64,000 nucleotides of DNA from Desulfatiglandales bacterium. GTDB taxonomy: Bacteria; Desulfobacterota; DSM-4660; Desulfatiglandales; Desulfatiglandaceae. Position numbers and translations under genes: made by a program. This document shows, one piece after another, positions 10,663 to 18,761 of the stretch (positions are counted from its first letter, which is position 1; every line of letters starts with the position of its first letter). The DNA lies in assembly GCA_963666345.1 (NCBI GenBank), contig OY762721.1, positions 3,456,001 to 3,520,000 of the forward strand, in the 5' to 3' direction. Below the pieces are notes generated by a model. That model worked only from the letters and a program-made list of their open reading frames with translations. It was not told the origin of the DNA and did no database searches.

Positions 10663-11220
10663 TTACTGCCCAGGGCCAAAGGAGCGGATGAACAGGTCAC
10701 GGAGTGCCTGTCTGCCGTCATCGGACAGATTTCGGGTTCCGGTGCCTGCAAAGGTATCCGAGGTAATCACAGGCGTGTTCTCAACCCATTTGCCGTTCTG
10801 CCAGGAAAACCATCCCTTTCGATCCTGATCATAGACGTTCAGCGGCCGGTTGAAAAGCTTTGCCAGTTCGACCCCCCAGCCGGTTCCCCCCTTGACAGTG
10901 TCGTCAGGCTGTATCCAGCCAACCGTAATGACATGGTGGCCGTTATTGACCATATGAAAGATGGACTGGATGACCTTTCGGATCTTGTCCGCCCGGGAGT
11001 ATGTGCGTTTCATCCGTTTGGACACGATTTCCATGCTGACATCGCCTTTTTGCAGCTCTTCCCGGCTCAGCATCTTGATGCCCCTGGTGCGCTCGGCAAT
11101 GTGCCCTTCAAATGATATATTAACCTCATCGATGTTCCAGGCCTCGGCTAGTCTGCCGAATTCCGCCTCGGTTCCCTTGTGGCCGCCGCTGTAAAGCGTA
11201 ATCTTTGACATGTCCGTCAT
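10663..11220 (-). CDS. Conserved hypothetical protein, SLOG-superfamily-like
   Basis: LYSGGHKG.E N-terminal loop, KGGTGW.VELAK...RP, FAGTGTR. Confidence 0.6.
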   Translation of the reverse strand: MTDMSKITLYSGGHKGTEAEFGRLAEAWNIDEVNISFEGHIAERTRGIKMLSREELQKGDVSMEIVSKRMKRTYSRADKIRKVIQSIFHMVNNGHHVITVGWIQPDDTVKGGTGWGVELAKLFNRPLNVYDQDRKGWFSWQNGKWVENTPVITSDTFAGTGTRNLSDDGRQALRDLFIRSFGPGQ

Positions 11221-11594
11221 CTTTTTTTGTCTCCTTAGATTTTTACGATGCTGTTGATGCCTCGCTGTGATTCTTGAGGGCGAAAGGGTAAGCTAATTCC
11301 CTTTTTCAGTATTACAAGCCCGCCTCTAAATATTTCCCAATAGACCGGCTCAAAATTTGTCAAAAGATATCTATAATGCCACGGTTAAGAATAAGAAAAG
11401 GTAAGAATACCTTATGACTTATGTTAGATAATAGGTGGTCAGGTTCGGGGCCGGGAGGTAACCGTCCTAAGTTGCGTTATTGTAAAACCTTAAAGGGCAA
11501 AAAGCAGCCTTAAAAAGGATATCTCAACATTTTCCTCTTCCCTTATAAAATTGGTTCTTCTCCAACTTAGTTGTCGAAGAGGGTCCAAGGATTC

Positions 11595-11955
11595 GAGGGT
11601 TTTCTTTCCAGGGATTTGATCATCGCTTTGAACATTGCCCCGACATCCCTTATTTCCCTTCTTAATCTCTGAAGCTTACTTCTTTCAAATAATCCAGGTC
11701 AGCTGATGTCATGTCCCGGGTTTCCAATTCACAGTCTGAACCATATGCAATAAAGAAAAATTGCATATACTCTATAGCCGTTTTTTTCCCATACCCTCAG
11801 GCGGTATCCCTTGATATGAAAACAGCGGATCTTCTGATTCGGGGGGGTAAAACAGTATTGCTCATATTTAAAAAAACGCTTCGTTTCTTCATACATATGC
11901 AAACAAGGTGTATTCGATTTTTGTCTAACGTTTAGCTGCCTATGATCTTTAAGCT
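11595..11955 (-). pseudogene. Degenerate four-helix-bundle (23S rRNA IVP / bAvd-like) protein gene
   Basis: Minus-strand translation L.VRQKS...IRRSAV...A*GYG...IAYGSDCELET; start codon lost, in-frame stops. Confidence 0.7.
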
Positions 11956-11987
11956 TTTCACTCGAACCCGCGGCCCCTTGACCCCTC

Positions 11988-12046
11988 GAAACCGGGAACC
12001 CGCTGCAAAGCAGTGGGACTGAGCTGAGCTAAGCAAGGGCAAAGAA
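11988..12046 (+). repeat. ~60-bp dispersed hairpin repeat, copy A
   Basis: GAAACCGGGAACCCGC-hairpin-GTGGGACTGAGC...GCAAAGAA; also at 36316, 45934(-), 46337. Confidence 0.8.
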
Positions 12047-12088
12047 TCCTTCATTTAGACCAACTCTTTTGGAGATAATCCAAAAAAT

Positions 12089-12694
12089 TTAACTCATGGG
12101 TTTTGCAAGTCTTTCACAAATCCCGACTGCAAGGGCATAAATGATATCTGATGCAAAATGCCGAACAATGGTTTTATCATAAAGAATCTTAGATTCGGTC
12201 GGGAATTCATCATCACCTCTCCAATACAAGACAGCTACCGGAATTCTGGGCGTTATTTCAAAAATATAGGCAGCATCGGCCAGGCTGACGGGGATACCCT
12301 TTAGTTCTTCACATCTGTTATTGAAACCTTCCATGTCGCTGTCAAATCGAGTTGAAATTAAATTCGTCGGAATCGCATGTGGGCCTCGGAAAAACGTCAT
12401 GCCCTCGGTGATGTCTTTTTCGGAAATCCATTGGCTTGAGGCTTCAATTTCCTTTACCTTAAGAAGATAATGAACAATAAAAAGCTCAAAATAGGAATGA
12501 AATCTTTGAGGGTTTTTGCCGATACATTCAATTCTAAACTGATGTGGATATATCCTGTATCCTTCACCCCATAAGGACACTGTGTAAAACTTGTTCGCAT
12601 TATCATACGAGCATAATGCCCTTGTGCATACTTCCATGGGATTTTGTTCTGATAGTTCCTGAAAATAAACCCTGTCTATCAAACGTTTCATCAT
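12089..12694 (-). CDS. DUF3786 domain protein
   Basis: WISEKD..EG..FFRGPH, PRIPV.VLYW.GD.EFP.ESKILYD pattern. Confidence 0.8.
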   Translation of the reverse strand: MMKRLIDRVYFQELSEQNPMEVCTRALCSYDNANKFYTVSLWGEGYRIYPHQFRIECIGKNPQRFHSYFELFIVHYLLKVKEIEASSQWISEKDITEGMTFFRGPHAIPTNLISTRFDSDMEGFNNRCEELKGIPVSLADAAYIFEITPRIPVAVLYWRGDDEFPTESKILYDKTIVRHFASDIIYALAVGICERLAKPMS

Positions 12695-12821
12695 AATTTC
12701 CCGTTTGGTTTGTAACAGCCAAACCCCGGTCTCCACTTACGGTCGGCATCAAGAATGGGGGAGTTCTACTCTTTTCATCTGTTCAAAAGTTAAAGGCGAA
12801 TTTGACCTATTCTCATAAATA

Positions 12822-13574
12822 TCATTGTCTTTGATGCTTTAACAGGTTCTCTATGTAGATTTTCATTTCCCGGTAATGAGATCCCTTCCAGTAAAACCTG
12901 CCGCATTCGCAACACACATGAAATTCATCGTAATATAAGTCTGTCTTAGGCAGTAAGCGGGCCTTGATCGCTTCTTTGTCAACTTGAGTGAGAACTCCGT
13001 TACATACCAGGCAGCGGCGAAAGGCCGTGACTTGAGCAAAGAGGTCAAAACGATTCAAGACCTCCGTGAGTTGATCGTAGACATGGTCAGCCCTTATCCA
13101 GTAGCCATGTGTAACCGATTTATTCATCAGGATCCCGCGGTCGCGAGTCAGGATGATCCGCCTGTCAGTCAATGAGAGATCTATAATTTCAATATCATCA
13201 TAATCATTTCTGTAAAGGATATCAAATCCGAGCATGCGTAATTTCCTTGCAAGTTTTCCCAGATGAACGTCCGCTATGAACCTGGGATCTCGAAGGGGCT
13301 TCGCCCTGAGTCTTGTTACCTGTGAGACATCTACGCTTTCAAAGACCGGATATACCGATACATAATCTCCATTCTGCAGTTTGCAGTCAAACCGGACCGA
13401 GGCTCCGTTAACTAGTATAAGATCCACTTCCGTATGAGGTACGCCCAAGGCCTCGATACAGTCCTTGATGGCAGGGGTACCCTTAAACGAATAACCGAAT
13501 AAATGATATCTATGACCAGCTGATAAGAAATCATTAAGCTCGGCATAAAACCGAAAATAGGCCTGTTTTTGCAC
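12822..13574 (-). CDS. Mut7-C RNase domain protein with N-terminal ubiquitin-like (Ub-Mut7C) domain
   Basis: FRFYAELNDFL, KD.IEALGVPHTEV, FIADVHLGKLAR.LR.LGFD, LTRDR, RC..CNG, C..C.R.YWKGSH. Confidence 0.9.
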   Translation of the reverse strand: MQKQAYFRFYAELNDFLSAGHRYHLFGYSFKGTPAIKDCIEALGVPHTEVDLILVNGASVRFDCKLQNGDYVSVYPVFESVDVSQVTRLRAKPLRDPRFIADVHLGKLARKLRMLGFDILYRNDYDDIEIIDLSLTDRRIILTRDRGILMNKSVTHGYWIRADHVYDQLTEVLNRFDLFAQVTAFRRCLVCNGVLTQVDKEAIKARLLPKTDLYYDEFHVCCECGRFYWKGSHYREMKIYIENLLKHQRQ

Positions 13575-13616
13575 GAATCATATCTCTTTGAAATCTTTAT
13601 TTGAATTAATTTAAGT

Positions 13617-13688
13617 GCATAACGCTTAGGTCAACTGCCGATAAGGAGCCGCAGCGGATTCCCGGTCAGGTGAACCCGGGTGTTTGGG
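13617..13688 (-). repeat. attC-like integron recombination site
   Basis: Minus strand: CCCAAAC 4 nt after toxin stop, inner arms GGTtCACCTGaCCGG / TCGGCAGTTGACC with two unpaired bases, ends in GTTATGC (near GTTRRRY). Confidence 0.6.
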
Positions 13689-13692
13689 GTTC

Positions 13693-14036
13693 TTATTCTC
13701 TATAAATCATTCTATTCAAAAGAATATCTTCAACAGTCCGTCGTGTATCAATCACGGATAAAACAAAGACTATTTTTCCAGCGATCCTGCAAATTAATCG
13801 ATATGGCAGGATAACCAATTCCCTGTATTGGAATATGCCTTGGCCCTGAAGTTCCGGTGCAATGCGGCCTCTTTCTGAAAGGGTAAAGAGAGTTGAAGCC
13901 TTTTTCTTTATTTTTTTAGCATAGTTAGCGCATTCTGAGTGTTTTCTGCTGAAATGTACTCATTGATTTGATCTAATAAAAGAGCTGCCTTTGATTTAAG
14001 GTAGGTAAGAGGCTTTATATCATTTGTAATCTTCAT
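13693..14036 (-). pseudogene. Collapsed type II toxin-antitoxin pair: Phd/YefM antitoxin N-terminus fused to RelE/ParE toxin C-terminus, frameshifted
   Basis: MKITNDIKPLTYLKSKAALLLDQINE joined to YISAEN.QNA..; after a slip in an A7 run: IKKKAS.L..LSERGRIAPEL...YRELV...YRLI.RI....VFVLSVIDTRR.VED. Confidence 0.75.
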
Positions 14037-14058
14037 CTTTAACACGTTCGATTTGTAT

Positions 14059-14086
14059 ATAGTACCAAATACGGTCCTATGGTCAA
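14059..14086 (-). promoter_or_regulatory. Putative sigma70 promoter of the TA cassette
   Basis: TTGACC-N16-TACTAT ending 22 nt upstream of ATG 14036. Confidence 0.45.
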
Positions 14087-14100
14087 GGCTGAATTTTGAC

Positions 14101-14150
14101 TGCGAGCGCTGCTAATCACCCGCGCGGTTTTTTGTGTCGGCTGATTGAAT
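14101..14150 (-). repeat. Second, more degenerate attC-like site
   Basis: Imperfect palindrome AATCACCCGCGCGG...TGTGTCGGCTGATT bounding the other side of the TA unit; core boxes are mutated. Confidence 0.35.
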
Positions 14151-14430
14151 CTCATTTAATTTGGAAAAGATATTCCCTTCACAGTCTTCTTGCCCGGAGG
14201 TAGGGATATTAGGGTATTATTGAATGCAGTGATACAACTAATCCCTATTGTTGTCTGATATGAACTGAAGAGTTATGGCTAAAGTTTATGCCATTTTCTG
14301 ATGGGTTTATCTATATAGCCATTTTTATTCTTAAGGTAATTTTCATAAGGGCCATGCCTTACACCCTTGCGAAACGTTGTCTTACATCCCCATGAATAGG
14401 GTTCCCCTTGAAAAATTCAACAGGGGACCA

Positions 14431-14500
14431 GGGGAACGTTCTTAAATAATTCAATAATGTTAAGTTGTTAGAAGTTATTTTGATTATTTAAGGATTGTCC
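14431..14500. repeat. 70-bp imperfect inverted-repeat element (REP/MITE-like)
   Basis: GGAACGTTCTTAAATAAT ... ATTATTTAAGGATTGTCC. Confidence 0.5.
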
Positions 14501-14547
14501 GTCTATCTATTGCACTTTTCAAGGGCCATTTCCGGGTGCTCACCGGG

Positions 14548-16170
14548 CTAGGCCATCCAGGCGGACTCGAGGTAGGTGGTCGAAAAATCGATCATCATCT
14601 TGGGCTGGTTGTTTTTCAGGTCCCAGGAAATGAACGGGCTCAACTGATCGAGGACCATCCCATTTTCCAGGCCCAGTTTATGGGTGATGGCCTCGACAGC
14701 TTCTTTCACGGTGCTGAGGATAATGCTATCCATCTTCACTGTACGGTTGAGTTCTTTCAGGTGCGGATGGCTTTGCACCTGTTCCAGCGCTTCCTCCCAG
14801 TGAATGGCGTCGATCTTACTGCGCAATACATAGGCATTACCTCTGTCCTGAAAGATCAACAGGGCAGGGTTGGTTCGTACCGGTGTATTCCTGACCTTTT
14901 CCTGGGCCATTTTGATGGAAATATGCTCGAGGAGTTCGTTCTTTTTCATAATTTCAGGGATCTGTCTGGCCTGTACACGCTCAAATATGAATTCCTGACC
15001 GTCGATGGTGATCTCCTTCAGACGGGTCGGATCAAAGCCCAGGTCCATAATGTCGCCGATGGTGAGGGGATTTTCAAAGGACTTTTCCCTCTCCTCCAGC
15101 CAGGTCTTGAGGTTGGGTCTTCGGTAATTGGGAAGGGATTCAACTGTCCTGGCCGGCCTGATCTTAAAATCGTCCCGGATCCTGGAGAGCAGTTCGAGGT
15201 CCCCGACGACCATGGGATTTTTTGTCTCCAGTTCACTTGGGGCGTAGGACTTCAACTTCAGCCTCGAGACCTCGGGGGAGACGGTAATCTGCATCATGGA
15301 TTCCCCGCCCGTATACCCCAAAAGATTTCCGATTCGTCTCCTGAAGGCTATGAGTTTTGTCACAAAGCGGGTGAACATAAATCTCATGAACGGGGATGAC
15401 TCCCGGTTTTTCAACTCCGTCTCAAAATAGGTCGTCAGGGTCTGATACAACTCCTTGAATTCAGCGATGGTTCTCTTCACCATCATCTGGTTGTCTCTCA
15501 TATCGATGATGGTTCGTTTTCTTCCGAGGTGGTAGAGCAGTTTCAGTATGGGTTCTTTCAGGTCCTTGTTTTCGAATCCCCTGGGCAGATAAATCATGTA
15601 GTTATGGTCCTTGCCGGAGGGTGACTCCCCGATGATGTCTTCGACAGGATTCCATGCGTGTTTGAGATAGATATCATATGTCGGGTCGTCGTTGGGGATG
15701 ATATTATCCAGGATACCAATCGCCGATTTGCTCGACAAGAAATCGGCAAAGTGGGTGAGGATCTGATTGCCCAGCCCCCTTTTTCTATAGGGCACGGCCA
15801 CTTCAACGTATACCAGGTAGTAGCAGGGGAGGGGTTTTTTGAGGTACAGCATATTGAGTCGCCCCAGCTTTTCTCCCGACTCTGCACTGATCTCAAGGAC
15901 CCGGAAACCGTTTTGGGCGTTGCCCGGTGTGTTGCGGTTGATCTTCGCCCCTGAGGCGGTAGCGGCGACAAGCTCCCACAGGTTGTTGAAAAGATCCGAG
16001 ACAACAGGCGCGTCGGCCAGGCCGAGTCGCATCCCTTCATCAATCAGGGAGACTAATCCGAGCCTCTCGTTCAGGCTCAAATTCTTTCGTTCAACAGGAC
16101 GATGTGAGGAGACAATCCTTCGGGCCGTTCCCGCTTGAATAGCTATCGGCTTGAAGTTTTTTTGGTCCAT
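14548..16170 (-). CDS. GNAT acetyltransferase-domain protein with large uncharacterised C-terminal region (540 aa)
   Basis: YLVYVEVAVPYRKRGLG (motif A, R-x-x-G-x-G) and YDIYLKHAW (motif B-like); remainder unrecognised. Confidence 0.7.
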   Translation of the reverse strand: MDQKNFKPIAIQAGTARRIVSSHRPVERKNLSLNERLGLVSLIDEGMRLGLADAPVVSDLFNNLWELVAATASGAKINRNTPGNAQNGFRVLEISAESGEKLGRLNMLYLKKPLPCYYLVYVEVAVPYRKRGLGNQILTHFADFLSSKSAIGILDNIIPNDDPTYDIYLKHAWNPVEDIIGESPSGKDHNYMIYLPRGFENKDLKEPILKLLYHLGRKRTIIDMRDNQMMVKRTIAEFKELYQTLTTYFETELKNRESSPFMRFMFTRFVTKLIAFRRRIGNLLGYTGGESMMQITVSPEVSRLKLKSYAPSELETKNPMVVGDLELLSRIRDDFKIRPARTVESLPNYRRPNLKTWLEEREKSFENPLTIGDIMDLGFDPTRLKEITIDGQEFIFERVQARQIPEIMKKNELLEHISIKMAQEKVRNTPVRTNPALLIFQDRGNAYVLRSKIDAIHWEEALEQVQSHPHLKELNRTVKMDSIILSTVKEAVEAITHKLGLENGMVLDQLSPFISWDLKNNQPKMMIDFSTTYLESAWMA

Positions 16171-16211
16171 GGAATTAGGATTCCTTTTTCAAGAACTGCT
16201 GATTTTCAACC

Positions 16212-16245
16212 AAAAAAAAACCGTGGGCTTGCTTGCCCACGGTTT
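16212..16245 (-). terminator. Intrinsic terminator in the 5' leader of the GNAT gene (attenuator)
   Basis: Minus strand AAACCGTGGGC-AAGCAA-GCCCACGG-T9, about 40 nt upstream of ATG 16170. Confidence 0.85.
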
Positions 16246-16263
16246 AAGAAAGTAACTCGACAC

Positions 16264-16335
16264 TCAGGCCATGGGCAGATATCTCCCCCTAAAACCGAAG
16301 ATAAAATAGAATCTGGCCAGCGTGTTTTTCGTCAT
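16264..16335 (-). CDS. Putative Phe/Tyr-rich attenuator leader peptide MTKNTLARFYFIFGFRGRYLPMA (23 aa)
   Basis: GAGGT RBS 8 nt before ATG; 4 Phe + 1 Tyr within 7 codons; last codons contain antiterminator segment TGCCCATGG. Confidence 0.7.
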   Translation of the reverse strand: MTKNTLARFYFIFGFRGRYLPMA

Positions 16336-16374
16336 CTCGATAGACCTCAACAAAAATTGTATATTTGATGTCTG

Positions 16375-16404
16375 AACTTAACCGTATTAGGAAATATTTG
16401 TCAA
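16375..16404 (-). promoter_or_regulatory. sigma70 promoter for leader peptide and GNAT gene
   Basis: TTGACA-N18-TAAGTT on minus strand about 40 nt upstream of the leader ATG. Confidence 0.6.
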
Positions 16405-16499
16405 ACTTATTTTTTTACGTCCCAAACGGTTATCTAGGGAAACATGGCTTGAGAGGTATATGACTGATTATACGGTTCCAATGCTTGATCAACGATCCA

Positions 16500-16956
16500 C
16501 TCGATAATCTCCCGCAGCTGATGCTCCTCCCCAACTTCGACCACCTTCCGTCCTTTAACTCGAAAGCCCAGACGGGCTTTAACATTTTCAATAAAAAGTC
16601 GCTTTGCCCCTGCCATAACATCCTTTGAGAAAAACGCCCTTTTTTCTCCGAAAAAGCTTGATATAGACCCTAAATACAGGTTTTTTATAATTTTTCTTTA
16701 ACGCTTTTTAGTAGTTAACCGATCCTCATCCTCAGCATCCTCCAAAAATCGGTGCGACGATTTTTGAAAAGTGCATTCATTTTTTGCTCCCTAAACCATC
16801 GGTCCTTTTTTCATCTCAAATGGCTTTTTGCTTTTGCCATCACCAAAAACCTATAATGCCCTTTTCGGTACCAAAAATAACGATATAGGGTCTTACAACC
16901 TTTTTTTATGCCTTTCCTATGTTATTCTATTAAATTATCGTGGCCTGACCCCTTTT
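16500..16956 (-). mobile_element. Internally deleted remnant of a REP-associated (RAYT/Y1) transposase locus
   Basis: MAKAKSH start at 16840 and FIENVKARLGFRVKGRKVVEVGEEHQLRE resemble N- and C-termini of such transposases; AAAAGGGGTCAGG motif at the end. Confidence 0.4.
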
Positions 16957-16988
16957 TTGTCTTTTGCTCGGCACTCATCCACGAGTAT

Positions 16989-18041
16989 CTATTGAAAGTC
17001 CTTCCAAGCCTTTAGATATGATTCAGTCGACCACCGACGGCCATTGTAATTGTAGTCCTCAAATCGCACTATACCAAGCTGATGATTACGACCATTATCC
17101 ATAATGTATTTTCTTCCATTTACCTCAAAGAGGCACGCCCTGTGGTTATATCCCCCAGCTGAAATTTCCGAATCAGTGACGATGTAGCTAACCGCTTTGT
17201 ACCCTGCTTTTTGAAGACAGTAGCGCGTGAACGCCGTGATCATCATACAGTGCCCCACATTATAGCGAAACACATACCCGTAATTTTCAAGCATGCCCGT
17301 TTCATAATGATAGCGAATCCTCGCCCTCTCATAATAGTCCACCAACTCAGGTGAATTCAAACGAGCGGTAACGACATCGAAATCCTCCCAGCGCGTGTCA
17401 ATGACCAGCGCTTTGTCTATGATTTGACGGGCCTCTCTTGAAAAGAATTCAGGGACGCTCTTGTACATGTAAACAATGAATTCGTTTCGCTGCTCCGGTT
17501 GAACCCTCCTCAATGTGTTTCTGTCTTCTTTTTTCGTAGCTTCTATGATTTGCTGGTAATCCTTTTCCGATAGCCTGAGCACTTTGCGTCTAAGGCGATC
17601 CTTGAAGTACCATGCGCGGGTAAGCAAACGAGATAGAGTGTACGTTTGAAGTATTGAGTCCAGTTCTTCCACATTGCCATCCTGTGCCATCCAGAAAAGC
17701 GTTTGCAAAGGTGTACAATACTTTCTCACCTCGGGCAGGCCGACTTTATACATCTTTTCAAAAACCTTATCAAACCGTTCCGGGTCCTTTCTATAGACTT
17801 CTGCGAGCCTTTCCAGTGCTGCGGCCTCGGAATGGGAGATGCCATCCTGGATTTCAGGCAACTTACCAAGTTCGTTGGCCATAAGTCTGTTGCTTTGCGC
17901 GAACTTTTCATGTCCAAGATAATGCCTGACCACCGGGTTTGGTTTCGTGGATACAAGAAGTGCGCAACCTGTCACGAATGGCGTTAGAGCGAGAGCAGTG
18001 GCTGCAAACAAGAAAAGAGGTCTACCGAATTTGTCCCTCAT
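16989..18041 (-). CDS. Putative lipoprotein with C-terminal transglutaminase-like (Cys-His-Asp) domain
   Basis: Signal/lipobox-like VTGC; GHC....F..YCL.KAGY.A, NHRAC, YIMDNG. Confidence 0.55.
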   Translation of the reverse strand: MRDKFGRPLFLFAATALALTPFVTGCALLVSTKPNPVVRHYLGHEKFAQSNRLMANELGKLPEIQDGISHSEAAALERLAEVYRKDPERFDKVFEKMYKVGLPEVRKYCTPLQTLFWMAQDGNVEELDSILQTYTLSRLLTRAWYFKDRLRRKVLRLSEKDYQQIIEATKKEDRNTLRRVQPEQRNEFIVYMYKSVPEFFSREARQIIDKALVIDTRWEDFDVVTARLNSPELVDYYERARIRYHYETGMLENYGYVFRYNVGHCMMITAFTRYCLQKAGYKAVSYIVTDSEISAGGYNHRACLFEVNGRKYIMDNGRNHQLGIVRFEDYNYNGRRWSTESYLKAWKDFQ

Positions 18042-18179
18042 AAACTGAATCCTTTCTTAATGTAATGAAAGTGAACGCCCTTCAGTAAACAATCATCAAC
18101 CTTAAATCCACCCAAGCTATAGAGAACCTATTTCCGGTTCATGATTTCTAATAGGCGACCCCGAATGCACAAGCCCGCC

Positions 18180-18761
18180 TTATTTCCTCAGAATATTACC
18201 GGCCTCGCTACCAATAATCCCAAGAGGTCTCACAACCGCGTTATACATCTGGGACTCGTAAGCCGGAAGATTTCCTCCCTCACCTTTTCCGTCTTTGTCG
18301 CAGTCAAGGAAAATGCCGTCTCTGCTTTTTATCGTGCCTCTTAAATGCATGATATAAACGCCTGTCACAAGAGGCGCTCCGCTGACCCATGTAATAAAAT
18401 TCGGCCTTATCCGGACAATGTTCCCCCGGGTTGAGGCATCCACCCAGAAATGATTTTCATTCTTTTTTAAGAGTCTGATATTATTGTTCTGCCGGACGGT
18501 CGATGCGTCTATTTCCTTATTAAAAATAACAGCCGCAGAAAGATGTGGGACTCCGTTAAGAGATATCTCCTCAAATTTTACCTGCTGTACCTGAAAGGCC
18601 CCCGGCACAACAGTTGCGCCTTTTGGGTTTTTTATGGAGGGCGGATAAAATTTATTGAACTGGTTACGCTTTGTCCCGGGAAACTGATTTTCGGCAAGGG
18701 CTTGCGGGCTTGTGAAAATTACAGAACAGAGCATTAGCACTAAAATTTTAAGACCTTTCAC
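18180..18761 (-). CDS. Secreted hypothetical protein with Ig-like (Big_5-like) domain
   Basis: Signal peptide ending ALA; FNKEIDASTV, PL..GVY...L..TIKS.DG..LD; GGAGG RBS. Confidence 0.55.
   Translation of the reverse strand: MKGLKILVLMLCSVIFTSPQALAENQFPGTKRNQFNKFYPPSIKNPKGATVVPGAFQVQQVKFEEISLNGVPHLSAAVIFNKEIDASTVRQNNNIRLLKKNENHFWVDASTRGNIVRIRPNFITWVSGAPLVTGVYIMHLRGTIKSRDGIFLDCDKDGKGEGGNLPAYESQMYNAVVRPLGIIGSEAGNILRK

Larger units (their letters stand above)
11553..12081 (-). mobile_element. Non-autonomous element (529 bp) with imperfect TIRs and near-perfect 8-bp target duplication, carrying a four-helix-bundle pseudogene; copy 1
   Basis: Ends GGTTCTTCTCCAACTTAGTTG / CAACTCTTTTGGAGATAATCC; flanks ATAAAATT / AAAAAATT; homologous end-to-end to 45899-46458. 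Confidence 0.75.

Noticed and set aside
14536..15399. 287-aa plus-strand ORF
   Set aside because: Antisense to the GNAT gene; no RBS or motifs
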